Part shown: in pieces, positions 1 to 8,552 of the stretch | Position numbering within the stretch: position 1 is the first letter of the stretch | Layout of the letters: every line of letters begins with the position of its first letter | DNA from: Candidatus Scalindua sp. | GTDB taxonomy: Bacteria; Planctomycetota; Brocadiia; Brocadiales; Scalinduaceae | Length of the DNA: 32,000 nt | Assembly: GCA_031316235.1 (NCBI GenBank) | Contig: JALDRA010000001.1 | Coordinates: 3,750,001-3,782,000, forward strand | Reading direction: 5' to 3' | Made by a program: the position numbers and the translations under genes | The notes under the pieces: model-generated | Seen by the model: only the letters and a program-made list of their open reading frames with translations | What the model was told of the DNA's origin: nothing | Databases searched by the model: none

Positions 1-702
1 CGCCCGGGCGACACCCTGCTCTTACAGACAGGGTCACACTTCATGCGGGCCTATCGGAATGATCCGGCGTTTTACCTTGTGAGTAATGTGGAAGAATGGC
101 GTCCTCTTCGCCGGGATCGGGCATGGATCGCGGGGCTGCTCTTTGTTGTCCTCATTGTACTGATGACAACCGAACTTGTTCCGACCTTGATTGCGGCTGC
201 ACTTATCGCCGTCTTCATGGTGGCGATGGGTTGCATCTCTGCCGGAGAAGCCAGGAAGAGTGTCGAGTGGCAGGTTCTTGTTACGATTGCTGCGTCCTTT
301 GGTGTCGGAACGGCCCTGCAAAACTCTGGAGCGGCAACTGCAATAGCAGGCACTATCGTGGATATCACCAAAGCATGGGGTCCGGTTGCTGCCCTGGCTG
401 CAATCTATCTTCTGGGGTCAATCGCAACTGAACTGATAACGAACAATGCGGCAGCGGTTCTGCTGTTTCCCTTCTGCCTTGAAACAGCCCGTCTCTATGA
501 TGTCAGTTCCCGCCCATTCATCATTGCTCTTATCCTGGCAGCGTCGGCCAGTTTCATGACACCTATCGGGTATCAAACGAACATGATGGTTTACGGGCCG
601 GGTGGGTATCGTTTCTCCGATTTCCTCCGGATCGGCGGCCCTTTGAATGCAATTCTATGGATTGCCGCTGTTATACTGATACCGTTGTTTTGGCCTTTCT
701 GA
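1..702 (+). CDS. SLC13/DASS-type (ArsB/NhaD superfamily) anion permease, C-terminal part; the 5' end lies outside the window
   Basis: Frame 1 is open from nt 1 (RPGDTLLLQTGSHF..., resembling the end of a TrkA-C-like loop) and continues into ORF 43..702. It has several hydrophobic helices and the C-terminal stretch TPIGYQTNMMVYGPGGYRFSDFLRIGGPLN typical of SLC13/CitT-like permeases. Confidence 0.7.
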   Translation, partial: RPGDTLLLQTGSHFMRAYRNDPAFYLVSNVEEWRPLRRDRAWIAGLLFVVLIVLMTTELVPTLIAAALIAVFMVAMGCISAGEARKSVEWQVLVTIAASFGVGTALQNSGAATAIAGTIVDITKAWGPVAALAAIYLLGSIATELITNNAAAVLLFPFCLETARLYDVSSRPFIIALILAASASFMTPIGYQTNMMVYGPGGYRFSDFLRIGGPLNAILWIAAVILIPLFWPF

Positions 703-859
703 TGAAGCCTTAACTGAGACACCATATTTCTTTACACCATCCCCTTGCTTTGTTCCATGTATAATCAACCATAAATCATGAGTGTTTCACTATAAATTTA
801 TAGGGTGTGATTTATTGAAATGGGTATAACTATTTTAATAATGAACAAATTATTGTATA

Positions 860-1300
860 CTTAGGAATACTTCTGCAAAGAAAATGCGTAACAAATCAGC
901 GGGTCTAAAGAAAACCATGAGAGCGAGAATGCATTGGTCAATTGCAGATTTAGGCAAATGGCTCAAATCTGTGATCGCAGGTCATTGCAGATACTATGGG
1001 GTTCCTTGGAACGGCAAAAGCCTTACACGATTTAAATCAGAGATAATCCGTATGTGGTGTAAGTCATTACGGCGCGGAAGTCAGAAACATCGTATAACAT
1101 GGGGACTGATGAACAGGATAGCCAAGAGATGGCTACCTTGCTCTTTTTTATCTGCCATCCTTATCCATTGGAACGCATGCGCGTCAATACTTGAAGCAGG
1201 GGCCCAGTGCATTAGCAGTGCGAGCTGGGGTCTATACGGGGGGGGGTGCCGAGTAATCGGCATTCCTACCCTGATGAGTGCTGATTAAAACCGGCAAGAC
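860..1300 (+). pseudogene. Remnant of a group II intron reverse transcriptase/maturase (C-terminal X/maturase region only, frameshifted)
   Basis: ORF 884..1288 contains LKSVIAGHCRYYGVPWNGKS and ...IAKRWLP, resembling the maturase-domain motif (RGWxNYY ... WLP). The expected continuation HPYPLERMRVNT* appears in another frame (about 1155..1194), so there is a frameshift. A conserved-looking tail GPSALAVRAGVYTGGGAE lies in a third frame around a G8 homopolymer (1243..1250). There are no RT finger/palm motifs upstream. Confidence 0.6.
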
Positions 1301-1398
1301 TATTGAGGAATAGAATTTTCCGGAGCAATGTATCATGATGCGTATCGAGGTGATGAGAGGTGTGGCATTTCAGAGAGCTTTACCATTTTAGGTTTGGA

Positions 1399-1686
1399 TA
1401 TACTCATCTCATATTGGTTTTCGGATAAAATCCGAGATAAAATTGAGCGAATATACCTTCACCCAGTAGTGTCAGGTTAGGTTTTTGCGTAGGCGGCTTT
1501 TGTCATACCCGAACGTCTTAATCGGGTATTCAGAGACTCGTTTCATCATAGATTCCCGCTAAAAACATGCGGGAATGACAGTTTTTGGGCAATAAATTAA
1601 ATACGCAAAAAACCTAACTGGACACTGTTGACCTTCACCAAGATTTTGTTTCCGGTAAAACCGAAAACAAAATCGGTTTTAGTATA
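1399..1686 (-). mobile_element. MITE-A copy 1 (short variant), interrupted by MITE-B copy 1
   Basis: Termini are TATACTCATCTC... and ...GGTTTTAGTATA. It shares the TCGGATAAAATCCGA and GGTTTCCGGTAAAACCGAAAAC modules with the other copies, and its own sequence is split by a 167-bp insert flanked by ACCTTCACC. Confidence 0.8.
1464..1630 (+). mobile_element. MITE-B copy 1 (167 bp) with imperfect ~28-bp terminal inverted repeats and a 9-bp target-site duplication
   Basis: The ends CAGTAGTGTCAGGTTAGGTTTTTGCGTA ... TACGCAAAAAACCTAACTGGACACTGTTG are inverted repeats. They are flanked by direct ACCTTCACC (1455..1463 and 1631..1639). The conserved core is shared with copies at 8717 and 12890. Confidence 0.85.
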
Positions 1687-1765
1687 TATATCCCGACGGC
1701 CACAGCCCGCCTGAGCGAAAAGTCAGACAGGTCATTCAGCAGGTTCAGAGTTTTTCTGAATTAAT

Positions 1766-2227
1766 CTATATCCTGACTCCCACCTTCTTAAACTCTTTTT
1801 CACTGTATAGGATTACGTAGTCATTCAGACCTGTTTCCTGTTTTATTCGTGCGATAACGTCCTCACACTCTTCATCTGTGTATCCATGGATCATGGTGAA
1901 AACATTGTACTCCCAATCAGGAAATGTAGGTCTTTCGTAACAGTGTGTTACCTCCTCAAAAGCAGCCATAATCTTTCCGCATTCATCCACCCTGTTGCAT
2001 GGGACTTTCCACACAGTCATTGCATTTGAGTTGATGCCAATCATTCTATGGGCAATCGATGCTGCCAGACGTCTGATTTTCCCTTCTTTCAAGAGTTTTT
2101 TTGTTCTGTCGATTACCTCCTGCTCGGTTATCCCCATGGAAACACTGATATCTTTATATGGTGTTTTTGTAAGAGGGATGCCGTCCTGCATATATTTTAT
2201 CAGTTCTATATCTTTAACTTCGCTCAA
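1766..2227 (-). CDS. Siroheme decarboxylase subunit (AhbA/AhbB, NirD/L/G/H family; AsnC/Lrp-like fold)
   Basis: 153 aa. It has an N-terminal HTH-like LIKYMQDGIPLTKTPYKDISVSMGITEQEVIDRTKKLLKEGKIRRL and a C-terminal VTHCYERP...NVFTMIH pattern typical of NirD/AhbA-type proteins. It is paired with a paralogue immediately upstream. Confidence 0.7.
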   Translation of the reverse strand: MSEVKDIELIKYMQDGIPLTKTPYKDISVSMGITEQEVIDRTKKLLKEGKIRRLAASIAHRMIGINSNAMTVWKVPCNRVDECGKIMAAFEEVTHCYERPTFPDWEYNVFTMIHGYTDEECEDVIARIKQETGLNDYVILYSEKEFKKVGVRI

Positions 2228-2321
2228 CTCTGAACTCCTTATTGTTTTAAATTTTGTACCCGTGAAGATTGATCACCTCTCACCTGAGATGAGGTACAGA
2301 TTGTTTTCATGAAAAAGAAGA

Positions 2322-2789
2322 TTAACAAATTTTGAATTTTACCCCAATCTTGAATTTTTTTGTAGTTGGCAGACAACGAACTTGCAAACCCGTTCTCTCT
2401 TCTATTTCCTCGATGTTTTCCTGAAGCTTTTCTTTTGTGGGTGCAGACATCGTAAACCAGATATTAAGCGGGATGGGATGGTTCTTACCCTTCCTGAGGT
2501 AGTTATGGGAGACACCGCTATAGCCGTTAATAATTTCGCTTACCTCTCCTATCTTATCCTCCGGTACCTTCATTGCAGCCAGAGTGGCACTGTTGCCTAC
2601 GGCCTGGGTATTTATGATGGGGGCAAGGCGGCGCACGTATTTCCCCTCAATCATAAACTTTATTCTTTCAATTACTAAATCTTCATCTAGATCCAGCTCC
2701 CTGGCAAGATCGAGAAAAGGCCTGTTTGTCAGGGGTAGATTTGTTTGAATTCTTTGCAGTATTTTTTTATCAGTTACACTAAGAGCCAT
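2322..2789 (-). CDS. Siroheme decarboxylase subunit (AhbA/AhbB, NirD/L/G/H family)
   Basis: 155 aa. It shows ILQRIQTNLPLTNRPFLDLARELDLDEDLVIERIKFMIEGKYVRRL, VSHNYLR and NIWFTM motifs, the classic two-gene AhbAB/NirDL-GH arrangement. Confidence 0.7.
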   Translation of the reverse strand: MALSVTDKKILQRIQTNLPLTNRPFLDLARELDLDEDLVIERIKFMIEGKYVRRLAPIINTQAVGNSATLAAMKVPEDKIGEVSEIINGYSGVSHNYLRKGKNHPIPLNIWFTMSAPTKEKLQENIEEIEERTGLQVRCLPTTKKFKIGVKFKIC

Positions 2790-2831
2790 TTTTTTTCGTT
2801 TCGTATTGTATTGGAGTGTTATAAAATTAGA

Positions 2832-3854
2832 TTAAGTGCACATCATCTTTTTTTGGTCAGCGTGGCGTAGCGGATTGTAATCTTCACTAACCAGCCTTCT
2901 CTTAAATTCATCAATCCCTAATCTTTCAACTAATGTTCCGAATCGTTTTTCCTTTTTCTCAGTGAGTATAGCGTCTATGCATATGTCAAGGGCCCTGAGC
3001 ACTTCTGACTCGTCTGCAAACTCGATAAGGTCATCAGCAAAGCGTGGATGCCTTCCTAATTTACCTCCTATCATCACGCGAAAACGGTTCTTATCCTTTT
3101 TTATCGTACCAGTAGGACACACTTCCGCGCAGAGACCGCAGTGGAGGCAGCGGTTGTATTGTATGGTAACTTCCCGTTTTTTTTCATCAGAAGGAGGAGT
3201 TTCCCCCTCGATTGATGTACCCTGATGCTGATTTGACAAGCCTGCTATCTTGATCGCATTTTCCTTACAGGACCTCAGACAGTTTCTGCATCCAATGCAC
3301 GCAATCTCCCTGTCTACTTCCACCTTTGCCCTGACGTGGACACCGAAGTCCTTTATCTGCGGCTGTGAGCAGGAGTTCGGGCAGCTGGCTAATGCTATCT
3401 TCAGTCTCTGATGCGGAAGGATCTTGCCTTCAATCCTGTTTATAAGCAGCCTGCTGAAGCCTACTTCCCTCAGCCTGTCTTTTATCTTCTGTAAAAGTCC
3501 TTTAAGCCCCATGATTAAAAACGGGCAGTCTACCTCTTCACCGCGACACACACTTATGTTGTACATTGCCGGGTACCCATCTTCCAGCTCGAATTCTCCA
3601 GATCTCTTAAGAAGTTCATACTTGTCATCCTCTATACAAGGATCTGTGGAAAACGGGTCGGCACTTTTTATATCGCCATTATCACCATCACCCTTTGTCC
3701 CCATAAAACCAGCTTTCGCCTCTTCGACATCAGTGACGCTGACAGTAGTTTTTCCTCTCTCACTTGCAAACTTTTCTATCTTTGTGCGTGCAAGCCTGCG
3801 TACAAAAACAGGAACTTTTTCCAACCTTGCACGTGCTTCATCATCCCATTCCAT
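2832..3854 (-). CDS. Fe-S protein: N-terminal PCP_red-like domain fused to a sulfite/nitrite-reductase-like (Dsr-LP-type) module with an inserted 2x[4Fe-4S] ferredoxin domain
   Basis: I place the start at MEWDDEARARLEKVPVFVRRLARTKIEKFASERGKTTVSVTDVEEAK, which fits the PF08369 pattern W..eA...L.kvP.FVR. A siroheme-type Cys pattern is present (CRGEEVDC ... SCPNSC). There are two ferredoxin motifs, CIGCRNCLRSC and CLHCGLCAEVCP, followed by MIGGKLGRHP. The upstream 23 codons of ORF 2832..3923 look non-coding. Confidence 0.6.
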   Translation of the reverse strand: MEWDDEARARLEKVPVFVRRLARTKIEKFASERGKTTVSVTDVEEAKAGFMGTKGDGDNGDIKSADPFSTDPCIEDDKYELLKRSGEFELEDGYPAMYNISVCRGEEVDCPFLIMGLKGLLQKIKDRLREVGFSRLLINRIEGKILPHQRLKIALASCPNSCSQPQIKDFGVHVRAKVEVDREIACIGCRNCLRSCKENAIKIAGLSNQHQGTSIEGETPPSDEKKREVTIQYNRCLHCGLCAEVCPTGTIKKDKNRFRVMIGGKLGRHPRFADDLIEFADESEVLRALDICIDAILTEKKEKRFGTLVERLGIDEFKRRLVSEDYNPLRHADQKKMMCT

Positions 3855-4041
3855 AGAGCAAATTAATCCTTTAAAAACCGCAGTGTATCGAATTGAAACA
3901 ATACAACTCTGATAGTAATTCAAAAAAGTAAGTGTACAGTTTGAGCCATTAAATCGAGATACGGCATGACAGCAAAAACGATACGTGAAATCTTATTATA
4001 TTTTAATCAGATAACTAGTCAAACAAAATTTAACAAATGTT

Positions 4042-4725
4042 TTACCTGACCTGCTGCTCCAAATGGTGTATAAGACCATTGGCTATTTCCTTTTTACTGC
4101 AAAACAGGTTTGTCATTTCCAGGTTATTACACACAAAATATGCAACATGGCGTTTGTCGGAGATGTCCCGGGAATCATTTGCAATAATTAAATCAGCGGC
4201 ACTTTGTGTTAAAAAATCTTGAGCAATTTGCAGCAATTCTTCCCTTCTCTTCTGTACCACTAATTTAAATCCAACGAGATATGATTCCGGCCATATATTT
4301 CTTATAATGTTTATGACCTTTCGTGTTTTTACGAGTTTTATTATCAATTCTTCGTTTTCAGAGGAAATTTTGTCTGATTGTCTTTCATCCGGCACATAAT
4401 CAGCCACAGCCATTGCATGCACAATGACATCAAAATTTCGATTTCTTAACGAGAGCTGGAATGTATCCTCCAGGTCTTTGTTTGTTTCAATTTCGATCAA
4501 TTCAAGATGATACGGCATGATATCACTGCACTCTTCTATCTCAGGAACAACACTTCCCTTCCCGTGTACATAGGTGACATGGGCACCATGAACCAGTGCT
4601 TCCATCGCTATTTCCTGACTGAGTCTTCCTGTTGAGATGTTTGTTATAAAACGGACAGCATCAAGATATCCACGTGTTGAACCGGCGGTAACAAGGATAT
4701 TTTTCCCATTAAGTGTAGAGATCAT
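4042..4725 (-). CDS. coaB: Phosphopantothenate-cysteine ligase-like protein (stand-alone CoaB/DFP C-terminal domain, divergent)
   Basis: GKNILVTAGSTRGYLDAVRFITNISTGRLS resembles the CoaB motif TAGGT.E.ID.VR.I.N.SSGK.G. AMAVADYVP matches the AAV(A/S)D(F/Y) motif. No CoaC flavoprotein domain is attached. Confidence 0.6.
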   Translation of the reverse strand: MISTLNGKNILVTAGSTRGYLDAVRFITNISTGRLSQEIAMEALVHGAHVTYVHGKGSVVPEIEECSDIMPYHLELIEIETNKDLEDTFQLSLRNRNFDVIVHAMAVADYVPDERQSDKISSENEELIIKLVKTRKVINIIRNIWPESYLVGFKLVVQKRREELLQIAQDFLTQSAADLIIANDSRDISDKRHVAYFVCNNLEMTNLFCSKKEIANGLIHHLEQQVR

Positions 4726-4838
4726 AAATTTACCAGTTCTCTCAAACCAAAAAGAGATTCCGCGTGTACAGCGGAGAGGAGGGGGGCGATCAGCCCCTGC
4801 CGAATAGGTCTTGTCATGATAACCGTGGCGATAGAAAA

Positions 4839-4972
4839 ATCTAAAACTGATTTGGTTTTAGATTTTTCTAAAAATGAAATCCTGACTGCAGCTATCCCCG
4901 GACAAAAGCCGAGGGTTTTAATCGCTCCGTTTTTCACGGATTGTATCCGCAAACTATTATAAGATGAGTATA
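4839..4972 (+). mobile_element. MITE-A copy 2 (divergent, long variant)
   Basis: ...CTAAAACTGATTTGGTTTTAGATTTTTCTAAAAA...CCCCGGACAAAAGCCGAGGG...CGGATTGTATCCG...AAGATGAGTATA is collinear with the other copies. It contains the uninterrupted GATTTTTCT site that is duplicated around MITE-B in copy 4. Confidence 0.65.
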
Positions 4973-4991
4973 AAAGGGCATTTTGTCGTGT

Positions 4992-6530
4992 TTACTCATC
5001 TTGTAGTTCTATGGTGTTTACCTCTCCGAGTTCTGTCAGAGGTTTATCGAACTGCGCCATATCACCGATTACGAGCAATTTCATCTTGTCCGGATGGAGA
5101 TATTCTTTTGCAACACGCAATAAATCTTCCCTGGTTACGGCTTTAATTTTATCCAGGTACGTTTCAAGGTAGTTGAGCGGAAGTCCTTCATATTCGAGAT
5201 CAACCATCTGGCCAACTATACTGGCGCTCGAAGTGAATTTAAAGATAAACTGGTTAATATAGGTATCCTTGGCTAATTCCAATTCATCATCAGCAACAAG
5301 TTCCTCCCGTATTTTTGTTACCTCGTTCAGGGCAAGGGTAACGGCCTGTACGGTCGATTTGCTCTTTGTTTGACATGAAATGAAGAAAAAGCCCAGGTCT
5401 TTCGGTGTATAAAAGGCACTGTATGCTGAATATGCCAATCCCTTGTCAGAACGGACTTTACTGGGTATTCGTGCTATAAAGCCACCATCCCCAAGGATAA
5501 AATTCATGATCTTGATCGGGAAATAGTCCTTGTTCAATCGATTGATGCCAATGTGGCCGGCTACTACATGAGTCTGGTTTACATCTTTGTAGATATAGTT
5601 AACAGATTTTTCAAACTGCTTTGTTACCGGAGGTATTTCAGGGAAATCTATCTCAGCTTTCTCCCATTCCCTGAATACATGTTTCAACTTCCTGAGAATT
5701 TCCTCTGTATCAAAATCACCTGAAACACCCATGATGAAATTATTCGGGTGAAAGTATTTTTTATGAAATGTAACCATATCGTCTCTGGTTATCTTTTCAA
5801 TAGTATCTTTATATCCATCCGTTTTCCTGCTATAAGGGTGATCGGGATTGTAAATTAACCTTCTGAATTCCCGAAAAACTATCTGGTCTGATCTGTCGTT
5901 TTCCCGCCTTATGCTTTCGAGTATCTCATCCTTTTCCTTTTTTATCATATCGTCGGGAAAGGCAGGGTTCATGAGCACGTCGGCAAAGATTTCCAATCCT
6001 GTATCCATGTCTTTTTTCATTGTTGACAGTGATGCACCGCCTGATTCCCTTCCAATGGAAGTTTCAACGGATGCTGCAATAAATTCGAGTTCTTCATTTA
6101 TCTGGTCCGGAGTCCTTGTTTTCGTACCGCCCCTTCGCATCACGCTGCCAACTAGATTTGCAAGCCCAGCTTTTTCTCTGGGTTCATAAACGGCACCTGT
6201 CCTGACTTGTGCCGTAATCCTGAATAGCGGCAATTCATGGTCTTCAAGAAGATAAATTATCATGCCATTGTCCAGAACAACTCTTTTCGGTTTTGGCGGG
6301 GTAAACTCTATCGGTTTATGTTTCATTTGCGATACAGTTTTAGCCCCTTCTGACTGAGGTTCTGAAGACTTCAGCCCCAGAGACAGTTCCTGTTCTCTTC
6401 CCAGATGATCACCATGCTCGCCATAAGCAGGATGTGTGCCACATTGCATCAAGGCAGACATTGAGAAAAGAGAGATTGCTGAAAAAAGTAAAATTGAACT
6501 CAGTGAATAGTTAGCTCTCTTTTTTTTCAT
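4992..6530 (-). CDS. M16 (pitrilysin/insulinase) family peptidase-like protein, probable non-catalytic subunit, secreted
   Basis: 512 aa with an N-terminal signal-like segment (SSILLFSAISLFSMSALMQC). It has M16 domain architecture but no HxxEH motif (the equivalent region reads GLANLVGSVMRRGGT). It overlaps the end of the upstream M16 gene by 20 nt. Confidence 0.7.
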   Translation of the reverse strand: MKKKRANYSLSSILLFSAISLFSMSALMQCGTHPAYGEHGDHLGREQELSLGLKSSEPQSEGAKTVSQMKHKPIEFTPPKPKRVVLDNGMIIYLLEDHELPLFRITAQVRTGAVYEPREKAGLANLVGSVMRRGGTKTRTPDQINEELEFIAASVETSIGRESGGASLSTMKKDMDTGLEIFADVLMNPAFPDDMIKKEKDEILESIRRENDRSDQIVFREFRRLIYNPDHPYSRKTDGYKDTIEKITRDDMVTFHKKYFHPNNFIMGVSGDFDTEEILRKLKHVFREWEKAEIDFPEIPPVTKQFEKSVNYIYKDVNQTHVVAGHIGINRLNKDYFPIKIMNFILGDGGFIARIPSKVRSDKGLAYSAYSAFYTPKDLGFFFISCQTKSKSTVQAVTLALNEVTKIREELVADDELELAKDTYINQFIFKFTSSASIVGQMVDLEYEGLPLNYLETYLDKIKAVTREDLLRVAKEYLHPDKMKLLVIGDMAQFDKPLTELGEVNTIELQDE

Positions 6531-8022
6531 TCGTATTTCCTTTCTCCTTTTTCACCAAGATTCCGACAGTCCGGTTTGTTTGTTTGAAATATTTGTTTGC
6601 AACACGCATTATATCCTCAGGAGTAACAGACAGAGTGTTTTCAACCAGGGTATTAATATAACCCCAACCCAGGATTGCCTCGTAAGAAGCAATCCTGCTT
6701 GCCAGCCCTGATGCAGATTCGAGGCTTCGTATAAAATCTGCTTCAAGTTGATTCTTGATTTTCTGTAATTCATGCCCGGTTACGGGTATAGTCTTTAATT
6801 TGTCCAGCTCCTCATAAATTGCCACTTCCACGTCCTCTGCAGTATGTGGACTCCTGGGAGTACAGAAGAAGAGAAAGGTATCCGCAAATTTAGAAGGTCC
6901 TCCATAAGCGTGAGCCATTACTGCTATCTGTTTATCTTCAATCAGGCTCTTATATAATCTTGAAGTCCTTCCGCTCGAAAGTAGAGCCTCGATAACGTCA
7001 AAGACATATTGATCCGGGTGCCCGATTGCCGGTTTGTGATAGGCTATAGAGAGTACCGGATTAGCATCATATTCTACATAAACGCGACGCTCACCTATCT
7101 GCTTCGGTTCCTTCGTGGTAACTTCCGGAGAAGGTGGCTGGCGTGGAATATCACCAAAGTATCTTTCTACAAGACCGATTACCTCTTCAGGATTGATGTC
7201 GCCGACTGCAACAATAACAGCATTGTTTGGTGAATAGTATTGTTTGAAATATTGCGCCACCTCACTTTTTTTTATGTTTTTCAAATCAGACATCCAACCT
7301 ATTACAGGCCAGCCGTAAGGATGAGCCGTAAACGCAGCCGCATTTAACTGTTCGAATAACAGGCCAAAGGGGCTATTCTCAGTACGAAGACGCCTCTCTT
7401 CCATTACAACATCCCGTTCTGAATAGAATTCTCTCAAGACAAGGTTCTGCATGCGGTCTGATTCCATAAATGCCCACAGTTCGAACCTGTTTGACGGAAG
7501 GTCACAGTAATAAAAAGTCGCGTCACTGCTGGTCGCTGCATTAAGGCCTGTGGCACCATTTTTCAGATAAATTGACCACATCTCATCTTTAATGATCAGT
7601 TCCTTTTGTCTCTTCCAGAGATCCTGCAATTCACTCTCCAGGAGTGCTACTGTCTCTTTGTTGGCCTTGGTACCCTTCGCATTTTCAGCTTCAATCTTAA
7701 TTATGAGCTCTTCCTCTTTTTTCAGGAGAGGTTTTTCTTTTTCATAATCTCTGGTCCCGAAAATGTCTGTCCCTTTAAACATCATGTGTTCAAATAAATG
7801 TGAGGCGCCCGTAATCCCGGGACGTTCGTTTGCAGATCCCACCTTATAAACAACTCTCAATGAAACAATTGGTACATCGTGTTTTTCCAGCATCAGAATT
7901 TTCAGCCCGTTATCAAGAATATGCTCCTTTATATCGAGCTGAAGTTTCTGGGCATATGCTGTTGCGCAAAAAAAGATAATAATGGGGATCAGCAAAAATC
8001 TTACTTTCGTAAACTTCATCAT
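6511..8022 (-). CDS. M16 family zinc metallopeptidase, catalytic subunit, secreted
   Basis: It carries the HLFEHMMFKGT (HxxEH) zinc motif and the downstream EERRLRTENSP glutamate region. I place the start at MMKFTKVRFLLIPIIIFFCATAYA (signal peptide), which is preceded by GGAGAGGAG on the coding strand. The longer ORF to 8172 adds an implausible leader. Confidence 0.75.
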   Translation of the reverse strand: MMKFTKVRFLLIPIIIFFCATAYAQKLQLDIKEHILDNGLKILMLEKHDVPIVSLRVVYKVGSANERPGITGASHLFEHMMFKGTDIFGTRDYEKEKPLLKKEEELIIKIEAENAKGTKANKETVALLESELQDLWKRQKELIIKDEMWSIYLKNGATGLNAATSSDATFYYCDLPSNRFELWAFMESDRMQNLVLREFYSERDVVMEERRLRTENSPFGLLFEQLNAAAFTAHPYGWPVIGWMSDLKNIKKSEVAQYFKQYYSPNNAVIVAVGDINPEEVIGLVERYFGDIPRQPPSPEVTTKEPKQIGERRVYVEYDANPVLSIAYHKPAIGHPDQYVFDVIEALLSSGRTSRLYKSLIEDKQIAVMAHAYGGPSKFADTFLFFCTPRSPHTAEDVEVAIYEELDKLKTIPVTGHELQKIKNQLEADFIRSLESASGLASRIASYEAILGWGYINTLVENTLSVTPEDIMRVANKYFKQTNRTVGILVKKEKGNTNEKKES

Positions 8023-8168
8023 AAACTCCTCTCCTGGTCCATGGATCAAGGCAGCCATGGCCATAATTTCATCAACATCTGGATTCTTCAAACATTCGGA
8101 GCGATTAACCCCACGATCTAAGGAAACAACTGATATACAAAAAAGGTTCCGTACAGAGGCGATCCATT

Positions 8169-8552
8169 TCATTGCCTGGTGTAGGCAGATTGGGTATTTT
8201 TGATTCTCAACATAGTTTTGGGCAAACTTTTCCTCACCTCAGTTTTATAAAAAAACCCGCATTTATCTTTTATGTGTGAAAAGAAATCTCTACTGTTGAA
8301 GGGGTAAAGTTCGCACATACCGGGCCTTCGATCATGAATCATACACATAGCAAGATTATTGTTATCATATAATAATCTTGGACATCGAATTGAAGCCTGA
8401 CAACACTGGCCGCACCTTTTACAATCACCCTTTCTCTCCTTTATCGATATGGTTACTTTCTCTTTATGAAATAAATGGTAATATCTTCTCCAGATCTGAT
8501 GGATCAGAGAAGAAAAGAAAACACTCATATTTAGCACAATATTGCTCCTCAT
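8169..8552 (-). CDS. YkgJ-family cysteine-cluster protein (CxxCxxCC putative Zn/Fe-chelating domain)
   Basis: CKRCGQCCQ ... CMIHDRRPGMCELYPF matches the UPF0153/PF03692 pattern. Confidence 0.6.
   Translation of the reverse strand: MRSNIVLNMSVFFSSLIHQIWRRYYHLFHKEKVTISIKERKGDCKRCGQCCQASIRCPRLLYDNNNLAMCMIHDRRPGMCELYPFNSRDFFSHIKDKCGFFYKTEVRKSLPKTMLRIKNTQSAYTRQ

Noticed and set aside
34-431. ORFs 34..321(-), 72..371(-) and 96..431(+) overlapping the permease gene
   Set aside because: These are alternative-frame or antisense ORFs of the kind expected in a GC-rich coding region. Their sequences are low-complexity and Arg/Cys/Ser-rich with no recognisable motifs. The frame-1 permease reading is clearly the real one.
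884-1288. The 134-aa ORF as an intact gene
   Set aside because: It corresponds only to the tail of a group II intron maturase, and its conserved C-terminal motifs continue in other frames. I treat it as a pseudogene fragment.
3424-3912. Long antisense shadow ORFs inside real genes (also 5911..6189, 9324..9716, 12519..12881, 19805..20161, 20124..20582, 24001..24387, 26980..27207)
   Set aside because: Each lies fully within a well-supported CDS on the opposite strand or in another frame. All have Ser/Leu/Phe/Arg-rich, motif-free sequences.
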